Of a stretch of DNA of 64,000 nt, positions 1 through 10,040 are shown one piece after another (position 1 is the stretch's first letter; every line of letters begins with the position of its first letter). Made by a program: the position numbers and the translations under genes. Origin of the DNA: an uncultured Gemmatimonadales bacterium. Lineage in GTDB: Bacteria; Gemmatimonadota; Gemmatimonadetes; Gemmatimonadales; GWC2-71-9. The notes under the pieces were generated by a model that saw only the letters and a program-made list of their open reading frames with translations, was not told the DNA's origin and ran no database searches. The stretch lies in contig CAVZZO010000001.1 of assembly GCA_963779755.1 (NCBI GenBank), forward strand, positions 1,952,001-2,016,000, in the 5' to 3' direction.

Positions 1-960
1 TCCCTGTCGGTGGCGCTGCCCCTGGCCGTGGCGCTGGCGCCGGTGGTGGACGTTCCCGATGCCTATCCGGTGCCGGTGGACGTTCCGCCCGCCGGGCAGC
101 GCCCCTGGGCCCCGACCCTGGTGCGGAGCAGCCGGGGCACGCTGGATCTCTATTTCGGCAACTACGCGCCCGACTCCACCTCGGTGATCGGGGCGCGGGG
201 CGATCTGGCCCGCTACGTCTCCCAGGACGGGGGGGCCAGTTTCCAGTACGACGGAACCATGCTGGCCCGCGACAGCGTTCCCTGCAGCCCCAACGGCGAC
301 GGCATCGAGAACATCGCCATCGCGCCCCGCCCGGACGGCGTGGGCTATCGCATGTTCTACAGTTCCGGCGGTTTCACCTGCTACGGCTGGCAGGTCTTCT
401 CGGCCGTGTCGACCGACGAGCGCACCTGGACGCGCGAGCCCGGGGTGCGGCTGAGCAACGGCGGGCCGCTGCCGCCCGATCCGCCGGCGGGCCCCTACCG
501 GCCGACCGGCGAGGGCATGATCATCGACCAGCTGCCCTCGGGCGAGTGGCGGATGATCTCGGGCACGGTGGTCCCCGGCTCGGCCAGCGGCAAGTTCGCG
601 ATCACCGAATGGCGCTCCCCCGATCAACTGGCCTGGACCTACCTGCGGACCCTGCTGACCACCGACGACCTGGGCCCCGGGGCGGAGCGGTCGGTCTACA
701 GCCCGACCATCCGCGAGTTCGCGCCGGGCCTGTACCGGATGCTTTTCACCGGCGATAATCGTGACGTCCCGGGCGGCCTGAGCCGTATCTACTCCGCCGT
801 CAGCCTCGATATGGTACACTGGAAGGTGGAGGGGGTGCTTCTGCAGAGTTCCACCGCCAACCTCTACTACAGCAGCCTGGTGGACGACCTGCTGGTGCTG
901 ATCCGGCAGAACCCGGGCGTGCCGGTGTACTTGGCGATGGCCAGGGTGGAGATGCGATGA
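1..960 (+). CDS. Beta-propeller glycoside hydrolase-like protein with Asp-box-like repeats (probably 5'-truncated by the window edge)
   Basis: Frame is open from base 1. Repeated S-x-D-x-x-x-W/F motifs (SQDGGASF, STDERTW, SPDQLAW, SLDMVHW) and repeated YRMF/YRML strands, typical of propeller GH/BNR proteins. Confidence 0.55.
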   Translation, partial: SLSVALPLAVALAPVVDVPDAYPVPVDVPPAGQRPWAPTLVRSSRGTLDLYFGNYAPDSTSVIGARGDLARYVSQDGGASFQYDGTMLARDSVPCSPNGDGIENIAIAPRPDGVGYRMFYSSGGFTCYGWQVFSAVSTDERTWTREPGVRLSNGGPLPPDPPAGPYRPTGEGMIIDQLPSGEWRMISGTVVPGSASGKFAITEWRSPDQLAWTYLRTLLTTDDLGPGAERSVYSPTIREFAPGLYRMLFTGDNRDVPGGLSRIYSAVSLDMVHWKVEGVLLQSSTANLYYSSLVDDLLVLIRQNPGVPVYLAMARVEMR

Positions 961-1052
961 AAGAGAAACGGACCGAGGGCTGAGAAAAGTGCCGGGCCGG
1001 GATTAGGTTTGCAGCCGCAGATACCTGTTCACTTCCTGGTGGGAGCCGTGTC

Positions 1053-2177
1053 GTGACTTCGGGTGCAACTCCGGCCTCCGTGCCGTTTCTCGACCTTGTT
1101 TCGCAGCACCGGGCTCTGGAGGAGGAGCTGGTGGCCGCGTTTCGCGCCGCCGTGCGGTCGGCGGCCTTCGTGGGGGGGCCGGAAGTCGAAGGATTCGAGC
1201 GCGAGTTTGCCGCCTATACCGGCTGTCCCGCGGCCGTAGGCGTGAACAGCGGCACCGATGCGCTTCGATTCGCCCTCATGGCCATGGGGCTGCGCCAGGG
1301 CGACGAGGTCATTACCGCGCCCCATACATTCATTGCCACCACCGAAGCCATTACCCAGGCCGGTGGCCTCATCCGGTTCGCCGACATCAGCCGCGACAGC
1401 ATGACGCTGGATCCGGTCGCGCTCGCGTCTGCCGTAACCCCGCGGACGGTCGGCATCGTACCGGTGCACCTCTACGGACATCCGGCCGACATGCAGGCGA
1501 TCGCGGCGATCGCCGAACGGCATGGGCTGTGGATTGTCGAGGATGCCGCGCAGGCGCACGGGGCGCACTATCGGGGCCGGCCCGCCGGCTCGCTGGGCGC
1601 GCTGGCGGCATTCAGCTTCTACCCCGGCAAGAACCTGGGCTCGTGCGGGGAAGGGGGGGCGGTCACCGGCAGTGCACCGGAGCGGCTGGAGATCGTACGC
1701 CAGCTGCGGGAACACGGCCAGCGGGAGAAGTACTACCACGTGACGGAGGGGTACAACGGGCGCCTGCATGCCATCCAGGCGGCGGTGCTGCGGATCAAGC
1801 TGCCCCATCTGGAACACTGGATCGAAGGACGCCGCCGGGCGGCGGCGTGGTACCGCGAGGCCCTGGGCGACCTCCCGGAGGTGGAGCTGCCCGCCGAGGC
1901 GGGCGAGGTCCGGCACGTCTATCACCTCTATGTCATTCGCACCGACCACCGCGACGCGTTACAGGCCCACCTGCGGCAACAGGGGATCGGCACCGGGCTG
2001 CACTATCCCGTGCCCCTGCATCTGCAGGAGGCCTATGCCGGGATGGGGCTCGGCCCCGGAGCTTTTCCCGTGGCGGAGGACGCCGCCGCGCGCGGGCTGA
2101 GCCTGCCCATGTTCCCCGAGCTGACCCGATCACAGGTCGAGCGTGTCGCTACAGCCATCCGTGCCTTCTTCCGCTAA
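1053..2177 (+). CDS. DegT/DnrJ/EryC1/StrS family PLP-dependent sugar aminotransferase
   Basis: NSGTDAL, PVHLYGHPAD, EDAAQAHG and SFYPGKNLG (PLP lysine) motifs. Confidence 0.95.
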   Translation: MTSGATPASVPFLDLVSQHRALEEELVAAFRAAVRSAAFVGGPEVEGFEREFAAYTGCPAAVGVNSGTDALRFALMAMGLRQGDEVITAPHTFIATTEAITQAGGLIRFADISRDSMTLDPVALASAVTPRTVGIVPVHLYGHPADMQAIAAIAERHGLWIVEDAAQAHGAHYRGRPAGSLGALAAFSFYPGKNLGSCGEGGAVTGSAPERLEIVRQLREHGQREKYYHVTEGYNGRLHAIQAAVLRIKLPHLEHWIEGRRRAAAWYREALGDLPEVELPAEAGEVRHVYHLYVIRTDHRDALQAHLRQQGIGTGLHYPVPLHLQEAYAGMGLGPGAFPVAEDAAARGLSLPMFPELTRSQVERVATAIRAFFR

Positions 2178-2198
2178 CCCCAGGCCGGCAGGCCCGGC

Positions 2199-4328
2199 AT
2201 GAAGCAGGTGGTGCTGCGTTCCGGCCAGGCGCTGGTAGTCGATGTGCCGGCACCCGCCGTCGCGCCCGGCGGGGTGCTGGTCCGGGTCAGCCATTCGGTC
2301 ATCAGCTCCGGCACCGAGCGGGTCAACCTGCAATCCAGCGGCGAGTCGGTGCTGTCCCGGGCCCGTCGCCGCCCGGAACTGGCCGCGAGCCTGCTCCGCC
2401 AGGCCTGGCGCAATGGTCTTGGCCCCACGCTCGAGAAGGTCCGCCGGAAGCTGGACGCCGAGCGTCCGGCGGGGTACACCTGCGCCGGTACGGTCGTCGC
2501 TCCGGGGGCCGGCGTGACCGACCTCCCCGCCGGAACGGCAGTCGCCTGCGCGGGGGGCGGCTATGCCGTACATGCCGAGTACGTGTGGGTCCCGAGGAAT
2601 CTGGTGGCGCCCATTCCCGAAGGGGTCACCGCCGCGGCGGGTGCCTCGGTGGCGATCGGCGCCATCGCGCTGCAGGGCGTGAGGCAGGCGGCCATCGAGT
2701 TGGGCGATCGGGTGGTGGTGACCGGACTCGGGCTCATCGGGCTGCTGACCGTCCAGCTGGCGCGCGCCGCGGGTGGCGAAGTGCTGGCGGTGGACCCGCT
2801 CCCGGAGCGGCGCAAGCTGGCGCTGACCCTGGGTGCCGCGCACGCGGCCGGCCCCGGAGATGCCGCGGCACTGGTGGCCGGCTGGACCGCGGGCCTCGGC
2901 GCCGACCGGGTGTTGCTGACCGCGGCCACGCCGAGCGACGGGCCGCTGCGGCAGGCCATGGAGCTGGTGCGGCAGCGCGGTACCGTTGTGGTGGTCGGCG
3001 ACGTGGGGCTCGGCCTTACCCGTTCGCCCTTCTACGAAAAGGAAGTCGAGCTCCGGATCTCCTGTTCCTACGGCCCGGGGCGATACGATCCTTCCTACGA
3101 GGAGGGCGGCCTCGACTATCCCGCCGGTCTGGTTCGCTGGACCGAGAACCGGAACATGGCGGCTTACCTCGAGCTGTTGCGTGCGGGATCGGTGCGGTGG
3201 GAGCCCCTCGCGTCGCGGACGCTGCCGGTGGACCAGGCGGGGCAGGCCTATGCCGATCTCGAGTCCGGCGCGCCACCGCTGGCTATTACCCTGACCTATA
3301 CACCGGATGGTCCGCCCGACCATTCCGCCGGCGCGACGGTGGCGTCGCCCGCCCTGGTGCGCCGGAGCGGCGTGGTGCGTCTCGGCATCGTGGGGGCCGG
3401 CGAATTCGTCCGATCGATGCATCTGCCGCAGCTGCTGCGGCTCCCCAACCGGTTCTCCGTGGTAGCCGTGGCCAACCGCACGGGGCTCAGCGCACGCTCG
3501 GCGGCCCAGCAGGCGGGCGCTCCGTTCTGGACCACGGAGGTCCAGGCGCTGCTGGAACGGCCGGAGGTCGATGCGGTGCTGATCGCGACCCGGCACCACC
3601 TCCATGCGGAGCTGGCGATCGCCGCGCTCGAGGCGGGGAAGGCGGTATTCCTGGAAAAACCGCTCGCGGTCGAGCCGGAGGAGCTGGACCGGCTGCTGCC
3701 GGTGATCGCCGGCTCGGACCAGCCGTTCCTGGCGGGGTTCAACCGGCGTTTCTCGCCGGCCGCCGCCCTGCTGGCCGAGCGCATCGCGGCGCATGCTGCG
3801 CCGCCGGTGCTGCTGTACCGGGTGAATGCCGGCCCGCCGGGGAAAAACGACTGGACCCTCGGGCCGGAGGGCGGTGGCCGCGCGGTGGGCGAGGCGTGCC
3901 ATATGGTCGACCTGCTGGAGTTTCTGGGCGGACCGTTCGACCCCGCGATCGGTGTGGTTGCCGCGGGCTCATCCTGGCCCGATGCCGACTTCAGCGCGCA
4001 GTTCCGACATACCGGCGGGGCCGCAGCCACCCTGGTCTATACGGTGCGCGGCAACGCCGGGCTGCCGAAGGAACACCTGGAGGCGTTCCTGGGCGGGGAA
4101 GCCGTCGTCCTGGAGGATTTCCGGCATGTGGTCGGCTATGGGCGCGGGCGGCCATCGCGCCGGAGCACGGGGAAAGGCCACGCGGAGATCTGGGAGGCGT
4201 TCTACCGCGCCTGTACCACCGGCGACCGGCTGCCGATCCCGCTGGATTCGCTGGCGTCGGTGGCGCGGGCGACGTTCCGGATTCGCGCTCTGGCGCGCGG
4301 CGGTCAGGACTCCAGCAGCTCTTCGTAG
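2199..4328 (+). CDS. Bi-domain oxidoreductase (MDR/Zn-ADH-like plus Gfo/Idh/MocA)
   Basis: N-half has ISSGTE, GLGLIG, SYGPGRYD and RWTENRN. C-half has GIVGAG, EKPLA, GFNRRFSP and GEACH. Confidence 0.9.
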   Translation: MKQVVLRSGQALVVDVPAPAVAPGGVLVRVSHSVISSGTERVNLQSSGESVLSRARRRPELAASLLRQAWRNGLGPTLEKVRRKLDAERPAGYTCAGTVVAPGAGVTDLPAGTAVACAGGGYAVHAEYVWVPRNLVAPIPEGVTAAAGASVAIGAIALQGVRQAAIELGDRVVVTGLGLIGLLTVQLARAAGGEVLAVDPLPERRKLALTLGAAHAAGPGDAAALVAGWTAGLGADRVLLTAATPSDGPLRQAMELVRQRGTVVVVGDVGLGLTRSPFYEKEVELRISCSYGPGRYDPSYEEGGLDYPAGLVRWTENRNMAAYLELLRAGSVRWEPLASRTLPVDQAGQAYADLESGAPPLAITLTYTPDGPPDHSAGATVASPALVRRSGVVRLGIVGAGEFVRSMHLPQLLRLPNRFSVVAVANRTGLSARSAAQQAGAPFWTTEVQALLERPEVDAVLIATRHHLHAELAIAALEAGKAVFLEKPLAVEPEELDRLLPVIAGSDQPFLAGFNRRFSPAAALLAERIAAHAAPPVLLYRVNAGPPGKNDWTLGPEGGGRAVGEACHMVDLLEFLGGPFDPAIGVVAAGSSWPDADFSAQFRHTGGAAATLVYTVRGNAGLPKEHLEAFLGGEAVVLEDFRHVVGYGRGRPSRRSTGKGHAEIWEAFYRACTTGDRLPIPLDSLASVARATFRIRALARGGQDSSSSS

Positions 4329-5509
4329 ATGCTTCGCAGCACCTGCGCTTCGCTTTCCCAGCTCAGCCGCTCGCTCACGATCGCCCGTGCCCGTCGGGCC
4401 CGCTCCGCCCGTTCCGCCGGCGATGCGGCGCGGAACTCCCGCAGCACCTCCACCGCCGCGTCGACCGACCCGCCCGGAAAGTACCAGAGCGTGCCGGGCG
4501 GGAAGTACTCCTGGTAGGTCGGCAGCGCGGTCGCCACGACCGGCAAGCCGAGATGCACGTATTCCAGCAGCTTGGTGGAGAGCGAGTACCGGGTCATCCC
4601 GTTCTCCCGGGTCGGGACCAGCCCGGCATGATACCGGGGCAGCAGCACCCGCAGTTGTTCGTGTGGTGCGGAGCCCTTGAGCCGCACGAACGGTCCCAGG
4701 CCGGCGGCGGCAATACGCCGTTCCAGCGCTTCCTGCTGAGGCCCTTCTCCATAGAGATCGAGCTCGACCTCCAGGCCTCGCTGCCGAGCGGCGGCGACGA
4801 TGTCCACTGCAATATCCAGCCCGTAGAGCTCGGTCAGGGTCCCGTGGTAGACCAGCCGCAGGGGGCCCGGCTCGATGATGCCGCTGGTGACGCCGCCCGG
4901 TCCGAAGTCGGCCGGGTCGGTTACATTGTGTACCACCGCGATCCGCTCGCCGTTGCCGGCGGGGCGCTGGCGCAGCAGCCGGGCAACCGCTGCATTCACC
5001 GTGACGACCACCGTCGCCTGCCGGCGCGACCAGCGTTCGACCGCGGCGGCCAGGCGGCCGGCCAGGGCGCCCGCGGGCCCGGGGAACTTGGTGCGTGTGA
5101 ACTCGGGGAAGATTTCGTGCAGATCGAGAATCACCCGGGCCCCCCGCCGGCGCGCCGGCGCGGCGGCGGCCACCAGGAAGTCCGGCAGCGTGTGCACGTG
5201 GACGATGCGGGCCCGCCGCAGCCGGTCGTCATTCGCGATGAGCCGCCGCGCGCGCCTGAGGAAATCCAGATAATTCAGCAGATACGTGGCGAACCCGCCG
5301 CGGCGCCGCGGGGTCGGCAGCCTGATCACCGCCAGCGGGCCGTAACGCGAGATCGGCCGGGGATCCCGGCCGCCTGCCGCCACGATGAGCGCCACGCGGC
5401 GGCCGCCTTCGGCGGCCACCATGGCTTCACGCCGGGGACGGGGGTCCTCGGGGAAGGGCGTGTGGGCCACGTGAATGATGTCAAACGGCGGATGCTGGGA
5501 ACGGGGCAC
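4304..5509 (-). CDS. Glycosyltransferase family 4
   Basis: DPRPRREA, HVHTLPDFLV, DLHE, YHGTL and KLLEY..GLPVV motifs. Start placed at GTG 5509 (ORF track extends to 5584). Confidence 0.85.
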   Translation of the reverse strand: MPRSQHPPFDIIHVAHTPFPEDPRPRREAMVAAEGGRRVALIVAAGGRDPRPISRYGPLAVIRLPTPRRRGGFATYLLNYLDFLRRARRLIANDDRLRRARIVHVHTLPDFLVAAAAPARRRGARVILDLHEIFPEFTRTKFPGPAGALAGRLAAAVERWSRRQATVVVTVNAAVARLLRQRPAGNGERIAVVHNVTDPADFGPGGVTSGIIEPGPLRLVYHGTLTELYGLDIAVDIVAAARQRGLEVELDLYGEGPQQEALERRIAAAGLGPFVRLKGSAPHEQLRVLLPRYHAGLVPTRENGMTRYSLSTKLLEYVHLGLPVVATALPTYQEYFPPGTLWYFPGGSVDAAVEVLREFRAASPAERAERARRARAIVSERLSWESEAQVLRSIYEELLES

Positions 5510-5619
5510 GGGCCGCTCTGGGCTCGGGAGATGGTCGGCTCTGGACTCGGAGGAGAAAGGTGCTGCAACCGGAGGGGCTGGCAAGGGGTGAGGACCGGAT
5601 GAACCGGAGGGGGCGCTAG

Positions 5620-7503
5620 ATGTGCGGGGTCGCCGGACTGGTGGGCCATGCCCCGGACCGGGGACGGCCGCTGCTGGAGCGGCTCACGGCGGCGCTGGCG
5701 CACCGCGGCCCGGATGGCGCCGGCATCCGCTGCTTCGACGAGGGCGTGCTGCTGGGGCACCGACGGCTCAGCATCGTGGATCTCGCCACCGGCGACCAGC
5801 CGATGTCCAACGAGACGGGCGACGTCTGGATCACCTATAACGGCGAGATCTACAACCACCTGGAGCTGCGGCGCACCCTGGAGGCGGCGGGACATCGCTT
5901 CCACACCCGGGCGGACAGCGAAGTGCTGGTGCACGGCTGGGAGGAATGGGGCACCGAGCTCTTCCCCCGCCTCAACGGCATCTACGCCTTCTCGCTCTAC
6001 GATCAGCGCCGGGGCCCGGGGCAGGGCGTCTGGCTGGTGCGCGACCCGGTGGGCGTGAAACCGCTCTACCTGGGGCACAGCGGCGGGGGCTTCTGGTTTG
6101 CCAGTGAGCTGGCCGCTGCGCAATCCGCCGGCCTGGTGCCGGGCGCCCTGCGCGCCGGGGCGCTCGGCGAGTTCCTGGTGTACCGCTTCGTCCCTTCGCC
6201 CGGGACATTCTACGAGGGCGTCTGGAAGGTGCCCCCGCGCCATTTCTGCCGGCTCCCAGCGTCGCCGGGCGCCGAACCCGAATTCCAGTCGTTTGCGCCA
6301 CGCTTTGCGCCGGCGGCCCCGCCGCGGAGCCGGGACGAGTGGGAGGAAGCGATTCGCGACGGCCTCGACGGGGCGGTGAACCGGCAGCTGATGTCGGATG
6401 TCCCGGTCGGGTCGCTGCTGTCGGGCGGCGTGGATTCCACGGTGGTGACCGGCCTCATGCGGGATCATCTGCCCGATCCACCGCAGGCCTTCGCGGTCGG
6501 ATTCCCCGAGGCGGGAGCATTGGCCGAGTTGCCGGTGGCGCGCCGCGCTGCCGCGGCGCTCCGGGTGCCGCTGCGCGAGGTGGAACTGGACCGCACCGAG
6601 TATCTCGCGGCATGGCCAGCGCAGGCGGCAATGCTGGGTGAGCCGATCGCGAACACCGGGTTGCTGATGGTGGGGTTGTTGTGCCGGACGGTCCGGCAGA
6701 CACACAAGGTGGTGCTGAGCGGCCAGGGGGCGGACGAGCCGCTGGGCGGCTATGCCCGCCATGCGGCGGAGCGCTGGTACCGCTGGACCCGCCATGTCCC
6801 CGGCGTGCTGGCGCGGTTGCCTGAGCGGCTGGCCAGTTCCGACCGGGTGGCCCGCCTGGCGCGCGCCGCAGGGGAGGCCGACGAAGCGCGGCGCTATGCC
6901 GAAATCCTGGCGGTGTTCTCGCCCGAGGAGAGCGCCGCCCTGCGCGGCGCCGCCGACGCCGAACGCCTGGTCGCGCCGGTGCGGCGCTGGCTGCCGGCCC
7001 CGGGCGATTCCGACTCGCTCAACCGGCTGTTGCGGGTGGACGCCCGGCTCTCGCTGGCGGACGATCTGCTGACCGTTGCCGATCACATGGCCATGGCATC
7101 GTCGGTCGAGTTGCGGGTCCCGTTTCTCGACCTGCCGCTGCTCGGGCTGCTCGAGGCGATGCCCGGCCGGTACAAGGTCTCGGTCCTGGGCGAGCGCAAA
7201 TGGCTTTATCGCCGCGCGGTGCGTCCCCTGCTGCCCGCATCACTCCACGGCCCCCTGCTGGGCTGGCGTGAGCGAACCGGCCCCAAGCTGGGATTCAGCA
7301 CTCCGCTGGATGCCTGGTACCGGGGGTGGCTGCGCGCCCAGGCTGAAGACTACCTGGTGGGACCGCAGGCCCGGCTGCCGGGCTGGCTCCAGCCGGCGCG
7401 GGTGCGGGAGGTCGTGGCCGAGGCGCGCGATCGAGGCCGCCCGCGGCAGCGCCAGCTGCTGGCCCTGTACACCCTGGAAACCTGGTTACGGTCGCATACC
7501 TGA
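5620..7503 (+). CDS. asnB: Asparagine synthase-family glutamine amidotransferase (polysaccharide-cluster type)
   Basis: N-terminal MCG (Ntn cysteine), HRGPD, GHRRLSIVD, NGEIYN, LSGGVDS and SGQGADE motifs. Confidence 0.92.
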   Translation: MCGVAGLVGHAPDRGRPLLERLTAALAHRGPDGAGIRCFDEGVLLGHRRLSIVDLATGDQPMSNETGDVWITYNGEIYNHLELRRTLEAAGHRFHTRADSEVLVHGWEEWGTELFPRLNGIYAFSLYDQRRGPGQGVWLVRDPVGVKPLYLGHSGGGFWFASELAAAQSAGLVPGALRAGALGEFLVYRFVPSPGTFYEGVWKVPPRHFCRLPASPGAEPEFQSFAPRFAPAAPPRSRDEWEEAIRDGLDGAVNRQLMSDVPVGSLLSGGVDSTVVTGLMRDHLPDPPQAFAVGFPEAGALAELPVARRAAAALRVPLREVELDRTEYLAAWPAQAAMLGEPIANTGLLMVGLLCRTVRQTHKVVLSGQGADEPLGGYARHAAERWYRWTRHVPGVLARLPERLASSDRVARLARAAGEADEARRYAEILAVFSPEESAALRGAADAERLVAPVRRWLPAPGDSDSLNRLLRVDARLSLADDLLTVADHMAMASSVELRVPFLDLPLLGLLEAMPGRYKVSVLGERKWLYRRAVRPLLPASLHGPLLGWRERTGPKLGFSTPLDAWYRGWLRAQAEDYLVGPQARLPGWLQPARVREVVAEARDRGRPRQRQLLALYTLETWLRSHT

Positions 7504-8658
7504 GCGAACGGCACCGTAGGCCGCGAGCAGCGCGCGCGAGGCCTGCGCCCAGCCGAATGTTCCCTGCAGCGCCCGCATGGCCGCGCCGATATTGCGCCGG
7601 CGGGTCTCGTCGCGCAGCAGATCCAGGGCACCGGCCAGCGCCCCGGCCGAGGGCGGCTCCAGTACCAGGGCATCGGCCACGCCGCGCATGATCCGGCCCG
7701 GTTCTCCCAGCGGCGCTGTAATGAGCGGCAGGCCGTAGGCGATGGCCAGATGGAGCGTGTTGGACGCGGCGAAGCGGGTGTAGGGATGGGAAGGCTCCAG
7801 GACATAATACAGTGCGTCGGCGGCGGCGTAGAGCCCGGCGGGCTGGTCCTGCCAGCCGGTTACCCGCAGGTTGCCGCTGTTCTGTCCGGCGGCCTGGAGC
7901 CGGCGCTCCAGGGGGAGCTCTCCCCGTCCCGCCACGACGAACATCCAGCCGGGGCGCTCGGCGGCCGCCTCGATCAGCAGGTCGAGCCGCCGTTCGGCCG
8001 CGATTCCGCCCGCATACAGGAGCACCGGGGTATCGTCGGTGATCCCCAACTCTGCCCGGGCGCGGGCGCGGGCTTCCCGGCTCACGGTCACCGGATCGTA
8101 CCAGTTCCCCACCACGAACACCGGGGTCCGTCCCCGGACGGCATCCCAGTATGCCGCCACCCGCTGCTGGCTCACCGTGACCAGCGCGTCGACCGAATGG
8201 CGCACCAGCCACCGCTCCGTTCCCGCCAGGGCGGCCAGCAGCGGTCGCGGGTATCGCTCGGCTTCCATCACGTGGTAGATCTCGTGCGCATCGTAGATGA
8301 GCGGTGCCCGCAGCCGCCGGGCGAGGAAGGCGCCCAGCGGGAGCATCAGCAGGTCGTGGGCATGCACCACATCGGCCCTGGACTCGCGCGACCGGCGGCT
8401 GGCCTCGCGATAGAATCGCGCCAGCGTACCGAGCTGCCGGATGCCCCGCTGCCGCTCAGCCGGGGTGCGGATGCGTTCGATCAGGAGGCCGTCCCGGGTT
8501 TCGGTCTCCGGAGCGCGGGCCTCGCGATCCCAGCAGAGAATCCGGACCGCTGCGCCGGCGTCCCGCAGCGCGGCCGCTTCCCGCAGGACCCGCCAGTCGG
8601 GGGCGCAGGCATTGTCCAGCAGCATCAGCACCCGCCGCCCCGCGAGCGCCGCGCTCAT
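7486..8658 (-). CDS. Glycosyltransferase family 4
   Basis: MSAALAGRRVLMLLD..DWRVLREA, VHAHDL and YDAHE motifs. The ATG at 8658 overlaps the upstream stop (ATGA). Confidence 0.85.
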   Translation of the reverse strand: MSAALAGRRVLMLLDNACAPDWRVLREAAALRDAGAAVRILCWDREARAPETETRDGLLIERIRTPAERQRGIRQLGTLARFYREASRRSRESRADVVHAHDLLMLPLGAFLARRLRAPLIYDAHEIYHVMEAERYPRPLLAALAGTERWLVRHSVDALVTVSQQRVAAYWDAVRGRTPVFVVGNWYDPVTVSREARARARAELGITDDTPVLLYAGGIAAERRLDLLIEAAAERPGWMFVVAGRGELPLERRLQAAGQNSGNLRVTGWQDQPAGLYAAADALYYVLEPSHPYTRFAASNTLHLAIAYGLPLITAPLGEPGRIMRGVADALVLEPPSAGALAGALDLLRDETRRRNIGAAMRALQGTFGWAQASRALLAAYGAVRSGMRP

Positions 8659-10040
8659 GCGGGGGCGGGGAAGTCGGCCCGGAGCACCGCGGTGAGCAGC
8701 GTGGCCGCGATCAGCACGGTGCCGGCCGTCGAGAAATAGGGCTGCAGGCAGGCGGTCACCCCCATGATGGTAAGACCGCCGAGCGAGGTAGCGGCGATGC
8801 TTCGAGTCGCCTCGTCCCGTATGGCCGCCCCGGCGCGACGGAACCAGAGCAGCGTGAAGGGAAGCGCGGCGGCTACCCCGACGAGACCGTTGTTCACCAG
8901 AAACCAGAGCGGATCGTTGTGGATCGAGCTGGTGAACGAGGCGGCAAACTCGGCGACTTCGATGTTGAAGTATTCGAAGACGTTGGTGAAGCCCAGCCCG
9001 GTGCCGAGCAGGGGGTGGTCCAGCCAGGTGAGGAAAGCGTTGCGCCAGGAGAAGAGGCGCCAGAGCCCCGAGGTGGTGATGTTCTCCGGGTTGAATCGCT
9101 GCAGGATCAGTCCGCCCAGCGGGGTGGCGGTGATGAGGATGTAGAGGACTGGCGCGGCCACCAGCGCCATGGCGATGGCTGCCAGGATGGCGCGGCGGCC
9201 GCGCATGATGACGAGCTGGACGACCAGCCCCGCCGCCAGCGCTGCCCAGGCGGTGCGATAATTGGACACCAGGACGGCGCCGGCGTCGACAGCGGCCAGC
9301 AGCCACCAGCCGGCCGAGCGGGTGCGCGGGTCGAGGGCCCGCGACACCGCGATGAGCACGCCGATCCCGGCGGTGCTGGCCTCGATGAAAGAGAGATACC
9401 GGATGGTCGATCCGGCCAGCAGCTCCTCGGCGTATCCCGTCCCGGTGGCCACCCGTACGACGGCGATGATGGCCACCCCGATCCCCGACAGGGCCAGCGC
9501 GTTCATGGCCCGCTCGACGTGCCCCCGGTGCTGCAGGACGGCCGCGGTTACCAGGATGGTGAGTGAATACAGGCCCATGCGCCGGTAATCGCCCAGGGCG
9601 CTGCGCAGGTCGTTGCCGGCGAGGGCACCGTGCACGAACGAGAGCGTCAGCCAGGAGAATAGCAGGAGATACATCCTGCGCCCGGGCCAGCGATGATCCC
9701 AGCGCTCCGGCGCTATGAATGTGCCGATCACCGCCGCTCCCAGGAGTCCTGCCACCAGGATGTCCAGGTAGTAGACGCGGATACCAAAGTCCACGCCGCC
9801 CGTTCCCAGGGGCAGGCCGAAGACTGCGGAGAGCACCAGCACGCTCAGCAGCGCCGGCATCGGCTCGGCGCTGGCGAAGATCATCAGCGTGCCGCCCAGC
9901 GCCACCATCAGCGGCAGCGCGAAGAGCGGCTGCTGGCCCAGCAATGCCACGGTGCCGGAGACGGCCAGGGCTAGTCCGGCCGCCAGCCAGGTCCAGCTGG
10001 AGCGACGCATCAGCGGGCGTTCAGGAGCGGGTGCCGACAT
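8655..10040 (-). CDS. O-antigen ligase/polymerase (Wzy_C) family membrane protein
   Basis: Many TM segments plus SNYRTAW, WR..W, HPLLGTGLG and IHND motifs. Confidence 0.85.
   Translation of the reverse strand: MSAPAPERPLMRRSSWTWLAAGLALAVSGTVALLGQQPLFALPLMVALGGTLMIFASAEPMPALLSVLVLSAVFGLPLGTGGVDFGIRVYYLDILVAGLLGAAVIGTFIAPERWDHRWPGRRMYLLLFSWLTLSFVHGALAGNDLRSALGDYRRMGLYSLTILVTAAVLQHRGHVERAMNALALSGIGVAIIAVVRVATGTGYAEELLAGSTIRYLSFIEASTAGIGVLIAVSRALDPRTRSAGWWLLAAVDAGAVLVSNYRTAWAALAAGLVVQLVIMRGRRAILAAIAMALVAAPVLYILITATPLGGLILQRFNPENITTSGLWRLFSWRNAFLTWLDHPLLGTGLGFTNVFEYFNIEVAEFAASFTSSIHNDPLWFLVNNGLVGVAAALPFTLLWFRRAGAAIRDEATRSIAATSLGGLTIMGVTACLQPYFSTAGTVLIAATLLTAVLRADFPAPA

Noticed and set aside
1529..5602. 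1357-aa Arg/Gly/Ala-rich ORF and similar long alternative-frame ORFs (e.g. 11529-14540, 9889-12438, 51730-54555)
   Set aside because: These are low-complexity off-frame or antisense readings that overlap well-supported genes.
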